DNA from: Candidatus Kaiserbacteria bacterium
GTDB lineage: Bacteria; Patescibacteriota; Minisyncoccia; Phycocordibacterales; Phycocordibacteraceae
Length of the DNA: 64,000 nucleotides
Direction: 5' to 3'
NCBI GenBank assembly: GCA_963699165.1
Contig: OY969413.1
Span: forward strand, 404,562-468,561
A program made the translations under genes and the position numbers. Below are positions 45,609-60,390 of the stretch, piece by piece. The stretch's first letter is position 1. Each line of letters opens with the position of its first letter. The notes under the pieces were generated by a model. The model made no database searches. It saw only the letters and a list, made by a program, of their open reading frames with translations, and was not told the origin of the DNA.

Positions 45609-46285
45609 AATCCTCGCTTAGTATTCCCTTTGCAATCCTCGCCGCAGGCATTATCGTCGCGCTCGCGGTGTATTTTAGCGTTGCAAAGCCCGCGCCGGGA
45701 AAATTAAGCGCCGGAGATTCTGCGCTCGTGCGTCCGGTAAGCACAAATGACCACATTCTTGGAAATCCCGCCGCGTCGGTTTTCATCGTCGAATACGCGG
45801 ATTTCGATTGCACCTATTGCAAACAATTTAATGACACGTTGGACCAAGTCATCGCAAACGACGGCGCGACCGGCAAGGTGGCGCTCGTGTTTCGCGAATT
45901 TCCGCTCACCGAATTGCATCCGAATGCGCTTCTGCACGCCGAAGCCGCCGAGTGCGTCGCGAATGTCGGGGGCAACGACGCGTTTTGGAAATTTGCCGAT
46001 TTGCTTTTTGCAAACCAGCCGGTCGACCCGACGCGGTACGGAGAATACGCGGCGTCGGCCGGAGTCGCGAGCAATGATGCGTTCGCTTCGTGTTTTGCGA
46101 ACGCATCGAGCACCGTTGGAGGGCGCATAAACGCCGACAGACAAAATGCCCTTTCAATCGGCGCACAGGGAACGCCGTATTCGCTCATTCTTGTTTCGGG
46201 CCAAGCGCCGGTCGTGCTTGATGGCGCATCGTCATACGACGCGGTCAAAGAGCTTGTGGATAAAGCGCTGGGCGAGGCGCAGTAA
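45605..46285 (+). CDS. DsbA-family thioredoxin-fold protein
   Basis: DHILGNP, EYADFDCTYC, FPL..LH, GTP. Confidence 0.9.
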   Translation: MKSSLSIPFAILAAGIIVALAVYFSVAKPAPGKLSAGDSALVRPVSTNDHILGNPAASVFIVEYADFDCTYCKQFNDTLDQVIANDGATGKVALVFREFPLTELHPNALLHAEAAECVANVGGNDAFWKFADLLFANQPVDPTRYGEYAASAGVASNDAFASCFANASSTVGGRINADRQNALSIGAQGTPYSLILVSGQAPVVLDGASSYDAVKELVDKALGEAQ

Positions 46286-49198
46286 CTATTCGGCGAGCAG
46301 GAATCCGACGAGGTCGCAGAAATCACATGTCTCGGAGTCGCATGAGGTTGTAAACGCCGAGCCATCGGCAATCGCTTTCGCTGCTTCGACGAGTTCCTTT
46401 TCGAGAGCCGCGACTTCCGAATCGGTAATCGCGAAGCGGCGAATCACGCATTTCCCTTTTGAGTCCGGTGCGACGAAATGCAGCCCGGCTTCGCGCATGG
46501 AATAGCGGCCGTCCATTTTCAAAAGCAATTTGTAAAACACCAGCTGGCGATAGTAATGTCCATCGGCGGATTTCGTGAGCCCCCGGATTTCATTTTCGCT
46601 TTTTACGGGACCGGTTTTGTAATCGATGACTTCCGCGGTCCCGTCTCCTTTAATGTCGAGCCGGTCGAGCTTGCCCGTAATCGGCACGTCGCCGACACCC
46701 GGCACGGAAAGCGAGCCGCTCAAGGAAATTTCCGATTCGGACATCGCATTCAACGAACTGCCTTCCTGCGCTACATATGCGCGAAGCGCCGCCTCGCCCG
46801 TTTTCGCGAGCTCTTTCCGGTCGAGCGGCGTAAGCGGCAAACGGCCAAGCTCGCGTTCGCATGCCACGATTGCGTCTTCAAGTGACGCCATTCCTTTTTT
46901 TGCGCCGTCGGCATATGCTTTGAGTCCGGCGTGCACGGCCGTGCCGAACATCATCGGAATCGACTGCGCGCTCGGCAGCATGAGCAGCGAGCGGAAATAA
47001 TATTGCCACGGAGAATCGACATAATTATTGAATGCGGTCGGCGAAAATCCTCGGACAAGCAGGCGCTCTTTCAAAAACGCCGTATCGAGAATGGCGCGCC
47101 TCTCGTACGAGCTCGCACGCGGCGGTTCCGGTGTGAATTCTTTCGGAGCAACGTATGCGGCGATGTCCGACAAAAATCGAAGCGGTGTCTGCACGCGATT
47201 TTCCTCCGTCATGTCCGAACGCGTAATCAGGACGCCGTCGCGGGCGCGCGTAAGCGCCACATACAACAACCGCCGCACATCATGTTCGTCGTCGTCTTTT
47301 TCAAGCAACAGCGAAAATTCATCCGTTCGTCCGCGTATCCATTTTTCGTCGGTCGCGTTCGCAATGATGACCTGCGGAAATTCGAGTCCTTTTGCCGCGT
47401 GCGCCGTCATGAGCCGCACGCCCGCGTGCCTCGTGCGGGCCCGTTTGACTTTTAATTCATGCATCTCGATGAGCGCGATGCGGCGCAGGAAATCGCCCGC
47501 AGTCGCACTCGGATTTTCTTTGGCGAGCAGCGCCGCCTCGTCCATGAATCCCTGATACGCCTCGTAGGCGTCCTCGCTCTCGCCGAGCGCAAGAATACCG
47601 GCAAGAAATCCGCTTTCGCCCGCAAGCCGCGCAAGCCACTCCACGACCGGCGTTGCCGGCATTTCTTTCGATGCTTTTTCCATGCAGCGAGCCCATGCGC
47701 GCAATTCCGGCGACCCGTGCGCTTTTATGTATTCAAATAGCGGCGCTCCCTCGCGCGACACAGAAAGCAACCGCAGACGCTCGGCAAGCGCTCCGGGCAG
47801 CCCGGGCATAAAGAGCGCGCGGGAGAGCGGCGCGTCTTGCGAAAGGTCGGCAAGCGCGCGAATAAGCGAGAGGAAAAGCTGAACTGCCGGATGCGCAAGC
47901 GCACTCATCTCCGCGGCGACATGGTCTTCCGGAATGCCGGCGACGCGCAGACATTCGGCGAGCGATAGCACATCGGCATTTTTCTTTGTGATTATCGCAA
48001 TGTCTTCATACGGCACGCCGGACATACGCAAGGCGCGTATGTGCGCGGCAATGGCGTCGCATTCCTCTCGCGGCGTGCCGCATACGGCTTCTTCAATCGC
48101 ACCTCCTTTGCCGCGAACGGCTTTAAGGACCGGACGAAGCGTCGCATCGGGAACCGGCGCGGGCGCAATGAGATCATGAGCGGTATTCAGAATGTGCGCC
48201 TTTGAACGGTAATTTTCGTCGAGCGAAATGACGCGCGCATCCGGATATTTTTCCTTAAAATAGAAGAAAGATGCGAGCGATGCTCCTTGGAAACGGTAAA
48301 TCGCCTGCTTTTCATCGCCCACGATGAAAAGGTTCGGCGCGCCGTCGAAATCCGTCACCAGTTCAAGCAATCGATTTTGCGCCGGATTCGCATCCTGATG
48401 TTCATCGGCCAGAACGAATTGCGACCGCTCGCCGACTTCTGCGCGAAATCCTTCGTCCGATTCGAGCCCCCGCACCGCCTCGCTGATGAGATCTTCGTAA
48501 TCGTATAGGGACTTTTTTTCAAGCGCCTCGCAGTACGCAGCGAAAAGATGCGCCGCTTCGATGTGCTTCTCGAGGCGCTCGCGCCGATGAATATACTCGC
48601 CCTTTTCGCGCCCTTTGTATGCGCCGCGCGCGTGCACGCGTTCCGGATCGGCCAGCAATTGCGAATGCGAAGCCGTCAATTCCGCAAGATAGCTCTCGGG
48701 CGTGTAGTGCTCCTGTTTCAATTTTTTCATGAACTCGAGAAGCTGTTTTGCCGCGCGGTGCGGGAATTTCGGGTTGCGTATTTTCGCGTACTCCCCCGCA
48801 TCAAGCAGTTCCTCCATGAGCGTCATGCCGGCAATTTCGGAAAGCGGCGTGCCAAGCGCGATTCTCGGAAAAAGGTCGGGGCGCAATTCCAAAATCGAAC
48901 GCGCAAAACCGTGAAAGGTATGGATGCGGACGCGATACGCGGCGGCGCCGATAAAACCCGCAAGCCGCGTGCGCAGCGCCGCTACCGCGCTTTCCGTAAA
49001 CGTGAGCGCAAGAATGTCGTCCGGTTTTGTTCCGGTCGCCTTCTGCAGAATATTTCCGATGCGAAGCGCGAGCATCTGCGTTTTGCCGGTGCCCGGTCCG
49101 GCAATGACGATGACCGGGCCGTAAATTGCGTCGACGGCTTCTTTTTGCTTCGTATTCAGTTTTGCGTACGCTTCTTCGAATGCCTGCGTGGTCGCCAT
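46286..49198 (-). CDS. UvrD/AdnA-like ATP-dependent helicase fused to PD-(D/E)XK nuclease
   Basis: AGPGTGKT, ALTFT, DEHQD, VGDEKQAIYRFQGA, HAAKGLEF, YVALTRA; GKLDRLD...IDYKTG...QLVFY. Confidence 0.92.
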   Translation of the reverse strand: MATTQAFEEAYAKLNTKQKEAVDAIYGPVIVIAGPGTGKTQMLALRIGNILQKATGTKPDDILALTFTESAVAALRTRLAGFIGAAAYRVRIHTFHGFARSILELRPDLFPRIALGTPLSEIAGMTLMEELLDAGEYAKIRNPKFPHRAAKQLLEFMKKLKQEHYTPESYLAELTASHSQLLADPERVHARGAYKGREKGEYIHRRERLEKHIEAAHLFAAYCEALEKKSLYDYEDLISEAVRGLESDEGFRAEVGERSQFVLADEHQDANPAQNRLLELVTDFDGAPNLFIVGDEKQAIYRFQGASLASFFYFKEKYPDARVISLDENYRSKAHILNTAHDLIAPAPVPDATLRPVLKAVRGKGGAIEEAVCGTPREECDAIAAHIRALRMSGVPYEDIAIITKKNADVLSLAECLRVAGIPEDHVAAEMSALAHPAVQLFLSLIRALADLSQDAPLSRALFMPGLPGALAERLRLLSVSREGAPLFEYIKAHGSPELRAWARCMEKASKEMPATPVVEWLARLAGESGFLAGILALGESEDAYEAYQGFMDEAALLAKENPSATAGDFLRRIALIEMHELKVKRARTRHAGVRLMTAHAAKGLEFPQVIIANATDEKWIRGRTDEFSLLLEKDDDEHDVRRLLYVALTRARDGVLITRSDMTEENRVQTPLRFLSDIAAYVAPKEFTPEPPRASSYERRAILDTAFLKERLLVRGFSPTAFNNYVDSPWQYYFRSLLMLPSAQSIPMMFGTAVHAGLKAYADGAKKGMASLEDAIVACERELGRLPLTPLDRKELAKTGEAALRAYVAQEGSSLNAMSESEISLSGSLSVPGVGDVPITGKLDRLDIKGDGTAEVIDYKTGPVKSENEIRGLTKSADGHYYRQLVFYKLLLKMDGRYSMREAGLHFVAPDSKGKCVIRRFAITDSEVAALEKELVEAAKAIADGSAFTTSCDSETCDFCDLVGFLLAE

Positions 49199-49329
49199 AT
49201 GTTCCAGTGTACCGCGCATCGGCATTTTTCCGAAAAATTGACATCGCTTTCGGGAATGTTATATTGCACACATTCCTATTTGGGAATCCTTTCACGAGGT
49301 TTTCGTGAGAATAGTAACGGGAGTGGATT

Positions 49330-49530
49330 ATGCAGAAGTTAAGTGACCACGGCCGTCGTGCGCTTGCACTTGGCGCTTATTTAAGCGCTCGCCAGGCCGC
49401 AAAGAAACCGCCTCTCACCGAAGTGGAACGGCGGTATGTCCTGGATGCCGCGGAAAAAGAAAATGTTCTGCCCGAAGACGTGGCTGCCTTTGCCGAAAAG
49501 ATTCTAATGCTGGCGGAGAAAGCCGCATAA
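49330..49530 (+). CDS. Small hypothetical protein
   Basis: 66 aa, GGAG SD, TTGACA...TATATT promoter near 49238-49265. Confidence 0.6.
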   Translation: MQKLSDHGRRALALGAYLSARQAAKKPPLTEVERRYVLDAAEKENVLPEDVAAFAEKILMLAEKAA

Positions 49531-49540
49531 GGAGGGCTCG

Positions 49541-49903
49541 TTGCCACTCATCGAGGTGTTGGGGGTACCGATGGGTACTCCCGACGAAGTATTGAACGGT
49601 CTTGAAGCGGCTCTGGTAACGGAGGTGCTCAAAATTCGCGAGCTTGCCCTACAAAGTCCGCGGGATGTGACCTGTTATTTCGGCCGCGACACTAGAGACG
49701 TTAGGCCGCGCGGGACAGAGATTGTAAATCGGGTCACTGTCGACGAACGCCCGGAACGTACGCATGCCGTGCTTGAGTGGCTCGCGGGAGTCATCTCGGC
49801 GCAAGTCGGGTTTGTTTTCCTGGACGCCACATTGAATGAATGTATGGTCATCACCTTCAATCGTCAAAAAGGTGGCTATGCCTGCCTGAAAAAACAAACG
49901 TAA
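49541..49903 (+). CDS. Tautomerase/MIF-superfamily-like protein
   Basis: AAGGAGG SD, TTG start followed by Pro, two beta-alpha-beta-like halves. Confidence 0.5.
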   Translation: MPLIEVLGVPMGTPDEVLNGLEAALVTEVLKIRELALQSPRDVTCYFGRDTRDVRPRGTEIVNRVTVDERPERTHAVLEWLAGVISAQVGFVFLDATLNECMVITFNRQKGGYACLKKQT

Positions 49904-49941
49904 AAAAACCCGAGCCGCCCTTACAGGCGGCTCAAATCTTT

Positions 49942-51189
49942 TTAATACGACTTCAGATGCCGCGCTTTTTCGTGCGTGCGGATTCGCTCGAGCGCCTTTG
50001 CTTCGATTTGGCGGATGCGCTCGCGCGTAACGCCGAACTCCTTCCCCACTTCTTCAAGGGTGTGGTAGACGCCGTCGGTGAGGCCGTGGCGCAATTCGAG
50101 AATCTTGCGTTCCTTCGGCAACAGGTCGCTCAAAATCGCCCGCACTTGCTCGTGCAATATGCGCTCGGATGACTCCTGGACCGGCGATGGGATCTTGTCG
50201 TCCGGAATAAAATCGCCGAGGGTCGATTTATCATCGTCGTCGGAACCGATTGGATTTTCGAGCGAAAGCGTATCCTGATTGATTTTCTCAATTTGATACA
50301 CCTTTTCCGGCTCGATGCCCATTTCAATCGCGATTTCCTCGGGCTGCGGGTCGCGACCGAGTGCTTGTGCGAGGCGGCGCGACACTTGTTTATATTTCGC
50401 GATTGTCTCCACCATGTGCACCGGAATGCGGATAGTGCGCGACTGGTCGGCGAGCGCGCGCGTTATCGCCTGGCGAATCCACCAAGTGGCATACGTCGAA
50501 AACTTGTATCCTTTTTTCCAATCAAACTTGTCGACGGCGCGGAACAAACCCAAGTTCCCTTCCTGAATCAAATCGAGCAAGGTGAGGTCCGGGCTGCGGC
50601 CGACGTATTTCTTCGCGATGGATACGACAAGGCGCAGGTTGCTGCGCGCGAGAATGTTGCGGGCCTCCGAATCGCCTTTCTCGATGCGTTTTGCAAGTTC
50701 GCGTTCTTCGGCCGCCGTCAAAAGCGGATACTGGCCGATTTCCCGCAGATAAATCTGAATCGAATCGTAGCTCGTCGAATGGCGGTCTTTAATATTGCGC
50801 GTGGCCAAGTATTCGTCCGCGGCTTCTTCGAGCATGCCACCTTCAAGCACGTCAACGCCCGCGATTGCAAAACGCTCGTAGAGCGACTCGAGAAAATTCA
50901 CGTCGTCTTCGACGTGCGGAAAGGATTTGAGAATTTCATTGTACGTGACGTACCCGCGCTCCTTGCCTTTTTCGATAAGCTGTTCGGCGGAGAGCGCTTT
51001 TGCGGAGTCCGCCTTAGCTTTGGCTCCGCGGGCCGCGGCGCGCACAACATCCTTTTTGGACCGCAACGCTTTCTTAACCGCCTTCTTTTTTGCGGTCTTA
51101 TTTTTTGCGGCCACGCGCTTAGCCGGCCGCTTCACGGTGCGCGCATGCGCGGTCTTTTTCTTTTTTGCACTGGAGGATTTTTTTGCCAT
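49942..51189 (-). CDS. rpoD: Primary sigma factor sigma-70
   Basis: [60 protein letters not shown]. Confidence 0.96.
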   Translation of the reverse strand: MAKKSSSAKKKKTAHARTVKRPAKRVAAKNKTAKKKAVKKALRSKKDVVRAAARGAKAKADSAKALSAEQLIEKGKERGYVTYNEILKSFPHVEDDVNFLESLYERFAIAGVDVLEGGMLEEAADEYLATRNIKDRHSTSYDSIQIYLREIGQYPLLTAAEERELAKRIEKGDSEARNILARSNLRLVVSIAKKYVGRSPDLTLLDLIQEGNLGLFRAVDKFDWKKGYKFSTYATWWIRQAITRALADQSRTIRIPVHMVETIAKYKQVSRRLAQALGRDPQPEEIAIEMGIEPEKVYQIEKINQDTLSLENPIGSDDDDKSTLGDFIPDDKIPSPVQESSERILHEQVRAILSDLLPKERKILELRHGLTDGVYHTLEEVGKEFGVTRERIRQIEAKALERIRTHEKARHLKSY

Positions 51190-51205
51190 GTGAATATAAA
51201 ATGAA

Positions 51206-52897
51206 TCAGGCACCAAATGCGGCGAGTCGCGCAGACACTTGTGCGCACACGTTCTGCGCTTTTTCAATCACGGAAACATCGCCCGACGCCTCGGCTCTTC
51301 GTAAATCTGCAACGGCTTCCCGATACGCCTCGCGGATAACCGCTTCTTCAAAGGCGTGGAGCAACTCGTCTGCCGCCCGTTCTTCCGGCTGTTCACCAAA
51401 CGTCTGTTCAGCCAGAAACAAAGACGATTCCGGAAGCACAACGGACGGAAGCACTTCTGCCCCGGTAATTCGACAATACTCCGTTTCGACGCGCCGTGCA
51501 AGGGCCGTACCGGTATATACGTGGAAAACGGCTAAAAGTTGCTCCCCGCGCGTCTCTTGAGGCGAGCGCGGAGCCGAGCGTGGAACTGCACCTGTAGTTA
51601 TGCCGTTCGACCCTGTGGAAAGTTTCGGCAGGCGCGCCAGCGATTCGCGTACCGCCTCGGTCGAAAGTCCCAGCGTCCGCGCTGCCGACTGCACGAAATG
51701 CTCGCGTTCCATCGGACTCGGTATTGCGGCGATAATCGGCAGCACGATGGCTTCCGCCGAACGCAAAAGACGATGCGGGTCGCTTTCTTTGTCCGCCAGC
51801 TCTCCGAGAAAAAATTCGGCGACGGGTTTGGCGGCGGCGATGCGTTTTGAAAATTCTTGCGGGTCCTCGCTGATGAGGTCGGCAGGGTCTTTGCCGGTCG
51901 GGAGCCGCGCGGCTTTGACGCGCAATCCGGCTTGCAGCGCGAGTATAGCCGAACGCGCCGTCGCCTTCAAACCGGCGGCGTCCGCGTCAAGCACAAGCAT
52001 CAGGTTTTCGCTGTAGCGCTTCATGAGCGAAAGATGCCGCTCTGAAAGCGCCGTGCCGGAAAGAGCGATTGCGTTTGTAAATCCCGCTTGATGCGCATGC
52101 AGCACATCCATTTGCCCTTCGACCAGCATAGTAAACCCGCGCGTGCGAATCGCGTCCTTCGCCGTATCCATGCCGAAAAGAATTTCGGATTTGCGATACA
52201 AATCTGTTTCCGGACTGTTCAAATATTTCGCGAGCTCGTCCTCAGCGAGCGCGCGTCCCGTAAAACCGACGACGCGGCCCGCGATGTCGCGAATGGGAAA
52301 AAGCAATCGGTTTCGAAATCGGTCGTAATACGTGCCCGGCTTCCCGTCCGCTTCTTTGATGAGACCGGCTGCAAGCAGTTCGTCGGCCGTGAATCCTCCT
52401 GCCGAAAGCGCTTCAAGCAGCTCGCGCCACGCGTCCGGCGCATACCCGAGCCGCCACGCGCTCGCGGTTTCCTCCGAAAGCCCGCGGCGTTTTGCATAGG
52501 CCTGCGCCGGACTGCCCGCAAATTTTCCGGCGTACCACTCGCCCGCGCGGCTCATCGCATCGTATAATCTTTCTTTTTTTGAAGTGTCCTCTTTGTTTTT
52601 ACTACCATATATGGTAGTGATTTCGACTCCGGCCTTTTGGGCGAGAATTTTCATCGCACCTTTGAAATCCACGCCTTCGATTTTTTCAATAAACGAGAAG
52701 CCGTCGCCCCCAAGACCGCAACCAAAGCAGTGCCACGTGCCGCGTTCGGGACTCACGTGGAACGAGGGCGTCTTTTCCTTGTGGAACGGGCACAGCCCCC
52801 GAAGTGACTTCCCCGCGCGCGTGAGCTTTACATACGGACCGATGATGTCCTGAATGCCAAGGCGCTCCTTAATCTGCGCGACGGTGTCGGTTGCCAT
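51206..52897 (-). CDS. dnaG: DNA primase
   Basis: [11 protein letters not shown] Zn finger, [30 protein letters not shown]. Confidence 0.97.
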   Translation of the reverse strand: MATDTVAQIKERLGIQDIIGPYVKLTRAGKSLRGLCPFHKEKTPSFHVSPERGTWHCFGCGLGGDGFSFIEKIEGVDFKGAMKILAQKAGVEITTIYGSKNKEDTSKKERLYDAMSRAGEWYAGKFAGSPAQAYAKRRGLSEETASAWRLGYAPDAWRELLEALSAGGFTADELLAAGLIKEADGKPGTYYDRFRNRLLFPIRDIAGRVVGFTGRALAEDELAKYLNSPETDLYRKSEILFGMDTAKDAIRTRGFTMLVEGQMDVLHAHQAGFTNAIALSGTALSERHLSLMKRYSENLMLVLDADAAGLKATARSAILALQAGLRVKAARLPTGKDPADLISEDPQEFSKRIAAAKPVAEFFLGELADKESDPHRLLRSAEAIVLPIIAAIPSPMEREHFVQSAARTLGLSTEAVRESLARLPKLSTGSNGITTGAVPRSAPRSPQETRGEQLLAVFHVYTGTALARRVETEYCRITGAEVLPSVVLPESSLFLAEQTFGEQPEERAADELLHAFEEAVIREAYREAVADLRRAEASGDVSVIEKAQNVCAQVSARLAAFGA

Positions 52898-52974
52898 TGG
52901 AATGATTCTACCGCGGTTTCAAAGTTTTTGACAAAAACACAGCCAGTGTTAGTTTAGTTTCGGGAGGATAGGAC

Positions 52975-53178
52975 GTGAACAGTAATCGATGGGTGTTAGT
53001 CCCCTTGGTATCCTGCGGGATAATTTTTTTCTTTTCAGCAGGAGCTCTTCTTTGGGGCTTCGCTGAGAATCATTCAATGGTATACACGGGCACGGGTCTG
53101 CTGACGTTACTTGGCCCGCTACTCGTGGGCCTAACGGTTGCCGCCGTTCTCCGTCAGCGGAAACGGCGTCCACGATAG
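52975..53178 (+). CDS. Small 2-TM membrane protein
   Basis: GGAGG SD, TTGACA near 52928, terminator after stop. Confidence 0.6.
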   Translation: MNSNRWVLVPLVSCGIIFFFSAGALLWGFAENHSMVYTGTGLLTLLGPLLVGLTVAAVLRQRKRRPR

Positions 53179-53222
53179 CAAACAGCGAGGAACCCTACGG
53201 GTTCCTCGCTGTTTGCTTTTTT
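53177..53222. terminator. Bidirectional intrinsic terminator
   Basis: AGCAAACAGCGAGGAACCC-TAC-GGGTTCCTCGCTGTTTGCT plus T-tract. Confidence 0.85.
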
Positions 53223-53235
53223 ATATGCGCTGATT

Positions 53236-56955
<3,720 letters not shown>

Positions 56956-56978
56956 AGTAGTGGAAGAAATTAATAAAA

Positions 56979-59900
56979 CTACGCCTCCGGCTCCGGCGGC
57001 AGATTTAAGGGCTCGACATCGAGCGCAAGGCCGCGGATTTGGTTGGTAAGAACGGCAAACGATGCCGGCGTGCCGCTGTGGCTAATCGGCTCGTTTTTCA
57101 CGATGGCATCGAAGGCGGCGGAACGGCCCTGAATGTCGTCCGATTTAATCGTGAGCATTTCGCGAAGCGTGTACGCGGCGCCGTAGCCGAGGAGCGCCCA
57201 CACTTCCATTTCTCCGAAGCGCTGACCGCCGTTTTGCGCCTTGCCGCCAAGCGGCTGCTGCGTGATGAGCGAGTATGGACCAATTGAGCGCATGTGGATT
57301 TTGTCTTCCACCATGTGATGCAATTTGAGAACGTACATGTAGCCCACGGCAATGTCCTGCGCAAATGCGGCGCCGGTAAGACCGTCATAGAGTTTCATCT
57401 TCCCCGTTTCCGAAAAACCGGCTGCCGCGAGTTCTTTGCGAATTTCGTCCGGCGTTGCTCCGGCAAACGGCGGCACGACGGCCTGATAGCCGAGCGTGTT
57501 TGCCGCGAGCCCAAGGTGCATTTCGAGAATTTGGCCGAGGTTCATGCGCGACGGAACGCCGAGCGGCGTCAGAATAAGGTCAATCGGATTGCCGTCCTTG
57601 TCGTATGGCATATCCTCGACCGGAAGCACGCGGCTGATGACGCCTTTGTTGCCGTGTCGTCCCGCGAGTTTGTCGCCGACGGAGACGTTTCGCACCTGCG
57701 CAACCGTCACGACGATTTTCTTGATGATGCCTGTTTCAAGCTGGTCGCCCTTTTCGCGCGAGAAAACGCGCACGCCGATGACGCGGCCTCGCTTGCCGCC
57801 TTCCATGCGAAGCGATGTGTCCTTCACATCTTTTGCCTTATCGCCGAAGATACTGCGCAAGAGACGCTCTTCGGGCGTGAGCTGGGTCTCGCCTTTCGGC
57901 GTCACTTTTCCGACGAGAATGTCGCCAGGACGCACTTCCGCACCGATGCAAATGACGCCCTCTTCATCGAGATTCTTGAGGCGCATTTCACCGACGTTTG
58001 GAATGTCGTGCGTCGTCGTCTCGGGACCGAGCTTCGTGTCGCGCACGACGCATTCGAAGTCCTCGATATGCACGGTTGTAAATTTCGCGTCTTCGACGAG
58101 GCGCTCGGAAATGATGATGGCGTCTTCGTAGTTCGCGCCGTTCCAGCTCATGAATGCGACGCGCACATTTTGGCCGAGCGAAAGCTGGCCATGGTCGGTC
58201 GAAGAGTTGTCAGCGAGCACGTCGCCCTTCTTCACCTTGTCGCCGAGCACCACCGACGGGCGCTGCATAAAGGCGGAATTTTGGTTGGTTTGGGTCAGTC
58301 CCTGGAGGCGATATTCTTTCGCCTTGCCGTCCTTGTTTTTCACGATGACTTTTCGCGCATCGACATAAGAAACTTCGCCCGCTTCTTCGGCGAGCACGAG
58401 GCGTCCGGTGCTGCGGGCGGCATGCCCTTCGATGCCGGTCGCAACGAGCGGCGCTTCCGGAATCAACACCGGAGTTGCCTGCTTCTGCATGTTCGAACCC
58501 ATGAGCGCGCGGTTCGCATCGTCGTGGTCGACGAACGGAATCATCGATGTCGCGATTGAAAACATCTGGTAGGTCGATGCGTCCATCAAGGTCACCGTGT
58601 CGCGCGGCGCGATAATCGGGTCGCCCTTGTAGCGCGCTTCGACGAAATCGGGGACAATGCGGTTCTGCTCGTCGAGCTTGGTTGCGCCGTGCGCAATCGT
58701 CTCGAGTTCTTCGTCGAGGCCGTTCAGGTACACGATTTCGTCCGTGACTTTTCCGTTCTTCACGCGAACGTAGGGCGTTTCGATAACGCCGAAGTCGTTG
58801 GTGCGGGCGTGCGTCGCCATGTGGAGAATGAGGCCGATGTTTTGGCCTTCCGGCGTATGAATCGGACAGAGGCGTCCGTAATGCGACGGATGCACGTCGC
58901 GCACTTCGAAGCCCGCTCGCTCGCGCGTAAGGCCGCCCGGACCGAGCGCCGAAAAAGTGCGCATATTTTCGAGCTCGGAAAGAATGTTCTGCTGGTCCAT
59001 GAACTGCGAAAGTTGGTTTGCCGTAAAGAATTCGTGGACGGATGCATGGAACGGGCGCGGATTGACGAGCGCCATCGGAAGGGTCGTTTCGCTTTCAATC
59101 GTGGACATGCGGTCCTGAATGTTTCGCTTCATGCGGCTCATGCCGACGCGCATGCGCGCCTGAAGAAGTTCGCCGACGAAACGCACGCGGCGGAAGCCGA
59201 GATGATCGATGTCATCCGGTCGCGCCGACGGATCGGCGTTCAGTTTCGTGATTTCGGAGATGATGCGGACGAAGTCCGCGAGACCGAGCGTGTGCTTGTC
59301 GAGCGCCTTGCCGGTAAGCGGCAGACCGAAGCGCGAATTGAGGCGGTGGCGTCCGACCTTTCCGAGGTCGTAGCGTTCCGCAGAGAAAAGCGACTGTACG
59401 AAGTTCTTTGCGTTTTCCGGGGTAGCAAGGTCGCCGTCGCGCATGCGGCGGTGGATTTCAACGTAGGCCTCTTCAATCGACTTTGCTTCGTCGTGCTCAA
59501 GCGTCGCCTTAATCGCGGCGAGCGCGAGCGGGTCTTTTTCAAAATGCTTCAAAACGGCTTCGCCCAAACCGCCGCCGAAGACGGAGAGAATCTGCGTAAT
59601 CGGGAACTTGCGCTTGCGGTCGATTTTCATGTAGAGCGCGCCGTCCGCTTCGGAATCGATTTCAATCCAAACGCCGCGAAGCGGAATGATTTTCGCGCCG
59701 AAGTACGCCTTGCCGCGGATGAGTTCGGATACGAAGAAAGCGCCGAAGCTTCGTGCGAGCTGCGGTACGATTGCGCGTTCGACGCCGGAAACGATAAATG
59801 AGCCGTGCGGCGTCATAATCGGCATGTCGGTAAGGAAGATTTCCTGCGACTTCTCCGAGCCGAAAGTTTTATTGATGAGCTTCACCGTCGCCTTGACCGG

Positions 59901-60155
59901 CGCCTCGTAGGTGCGCATATTTTCGCGCGCAAAGTCCTCATCGTACTTCGGCTCCCCGATTTCAAAGCTTTCAAAACGAAGTTCGAACTTTTTCCCCGAG
60001 TAGTCCGTAATCGGCGAAAATTCCTTGAAGAGTTCGGCGAGGCCGTCTTTCAAAAGCCAATCAAATGAACCGCGCTGATGTCCGACAAGGTCCGGAAACG
60101 GGACCCGCGGCGCTCGAAACGCACCGAACGTCTTTTGAACGAGGTTTTTTTGCAT
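56979..60155 (-). CDS. rpoB: RNA polymerase beta subunit
   Basis: DDIDHLG, LSQFMDQ, GDKLAGRHGNKG, GGQRFGEME; start MQKNLV. Confidence 0.99.
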   Translation of the reverse strand: MQKNLVQKTFGAFRAPRVPFPDLVGHQRGSFDWLLKDGLAELFKEFSPITDYSGKKFELRFESFEIGEPKYDEDFARENMRTYEAPVKATVKLINKTFGSEKSQEIFLTDMPIMTPHGSFIVSGVERAIVPQLARSFGAFFVSELIRGKAYFGAKIIPLRGVWIEIDSEADGALYMKIDRKRKFPITQILSVFGGGLGEAVLKHFEKDPLALAAIKATLEHDEAKSIEEAYVEIHRRMRDGDLATPENAKNFVQSLFSAERYDLGKVGRHRLNSRFGLPLTGKALDKHTLGLADFVRIISEITKLNADPSARPDDIDHLGFRRVRFVGELLQARMRVGMSRMKRNIQDRMSTIESETTLPMALVNPRPFHASVHEFFTANQLSQFMDQQNILSELENMRTFSALGPGGLTRERAGFEVRDVHPSHYGRLCPIHTPEGQNIGLILHMATHARTNDFGVIETPYVRVKNGKVTDEIVYLNGLDEELETIAHGATKLDEQNRIVPDFVEARYKGDPIIAPRDTVTLMDASTYQMFSIATSMIPFVDHDDANRALMGSNMQKQATPVLIPEAPLVATGIEGHAARSTGRLVLAEEAGEVSYVDARKVIVKNKDGKAKEYRLQGLTQTNQNSAFMQRPSVVLGDKVKKGDVLADNSSTDHGQLSLGQNVRVAFMSWNGANYEDAIIISERLVEDAKFTTVHIEDFECVVRDTKLGPETTTHDIPNVGEMRLKNLDEEGVICIGAEVRPGDILVGKVTPKGETQLTPEERLLRSIFGDKAKDVKDTSLRMEGGKRGRVIGVRVFSREKGDQLETGIIKKIVVTVAQVRNVSVGDKLAGRHGNKGVISRVLPVEDMPYDKDGNPIDLILTPLGVPSRMNLGQILEMHLGLAANTLGYQAVVPPFAGATPDEIRKELAAAGFSETGKMKLYDGLTGAAFAQDIAVGYMYVLKLHHMVEDKIHMRSIGPYSLITQQPLGGKAQNGGQRFGEMEVWALLGYGAAYTLREMLTIKSDDIQGRSAAFDAIVKNEPISHSGTPASFAVLTNQIRGLALDVEPLNLPPEPEA

Positions 60156-60356
60156 GTGGTTGTGGCGTAACCTGGTAAATATATAAATGCGAACGCACGG
60201 ACAGGAGTCCGCTTTGCGTTTCTTTTGTTCCCCGTTATGTATCCTTGCCCGCGTACTCGACAGCACAATGCTGCATTGCACTCCGTGACTCACTCGTATC
60301 TAATGTCCCCAAATGTATCAGAATCCGTCTCCAAGCGCAAGCGGGCTGGGGATAAT

Positions 60357-60380
60357 TTGGGAAGGTATCACCTTCCCAAG
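60357..60380. repeat. Second copy of REP-like palindrome
   Basis: TTGGGAAGGT-ATC-ACCTTCCCAAG. Confidence 0.75.
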
Positions 60381-60390
60381 TTACAGGAAG

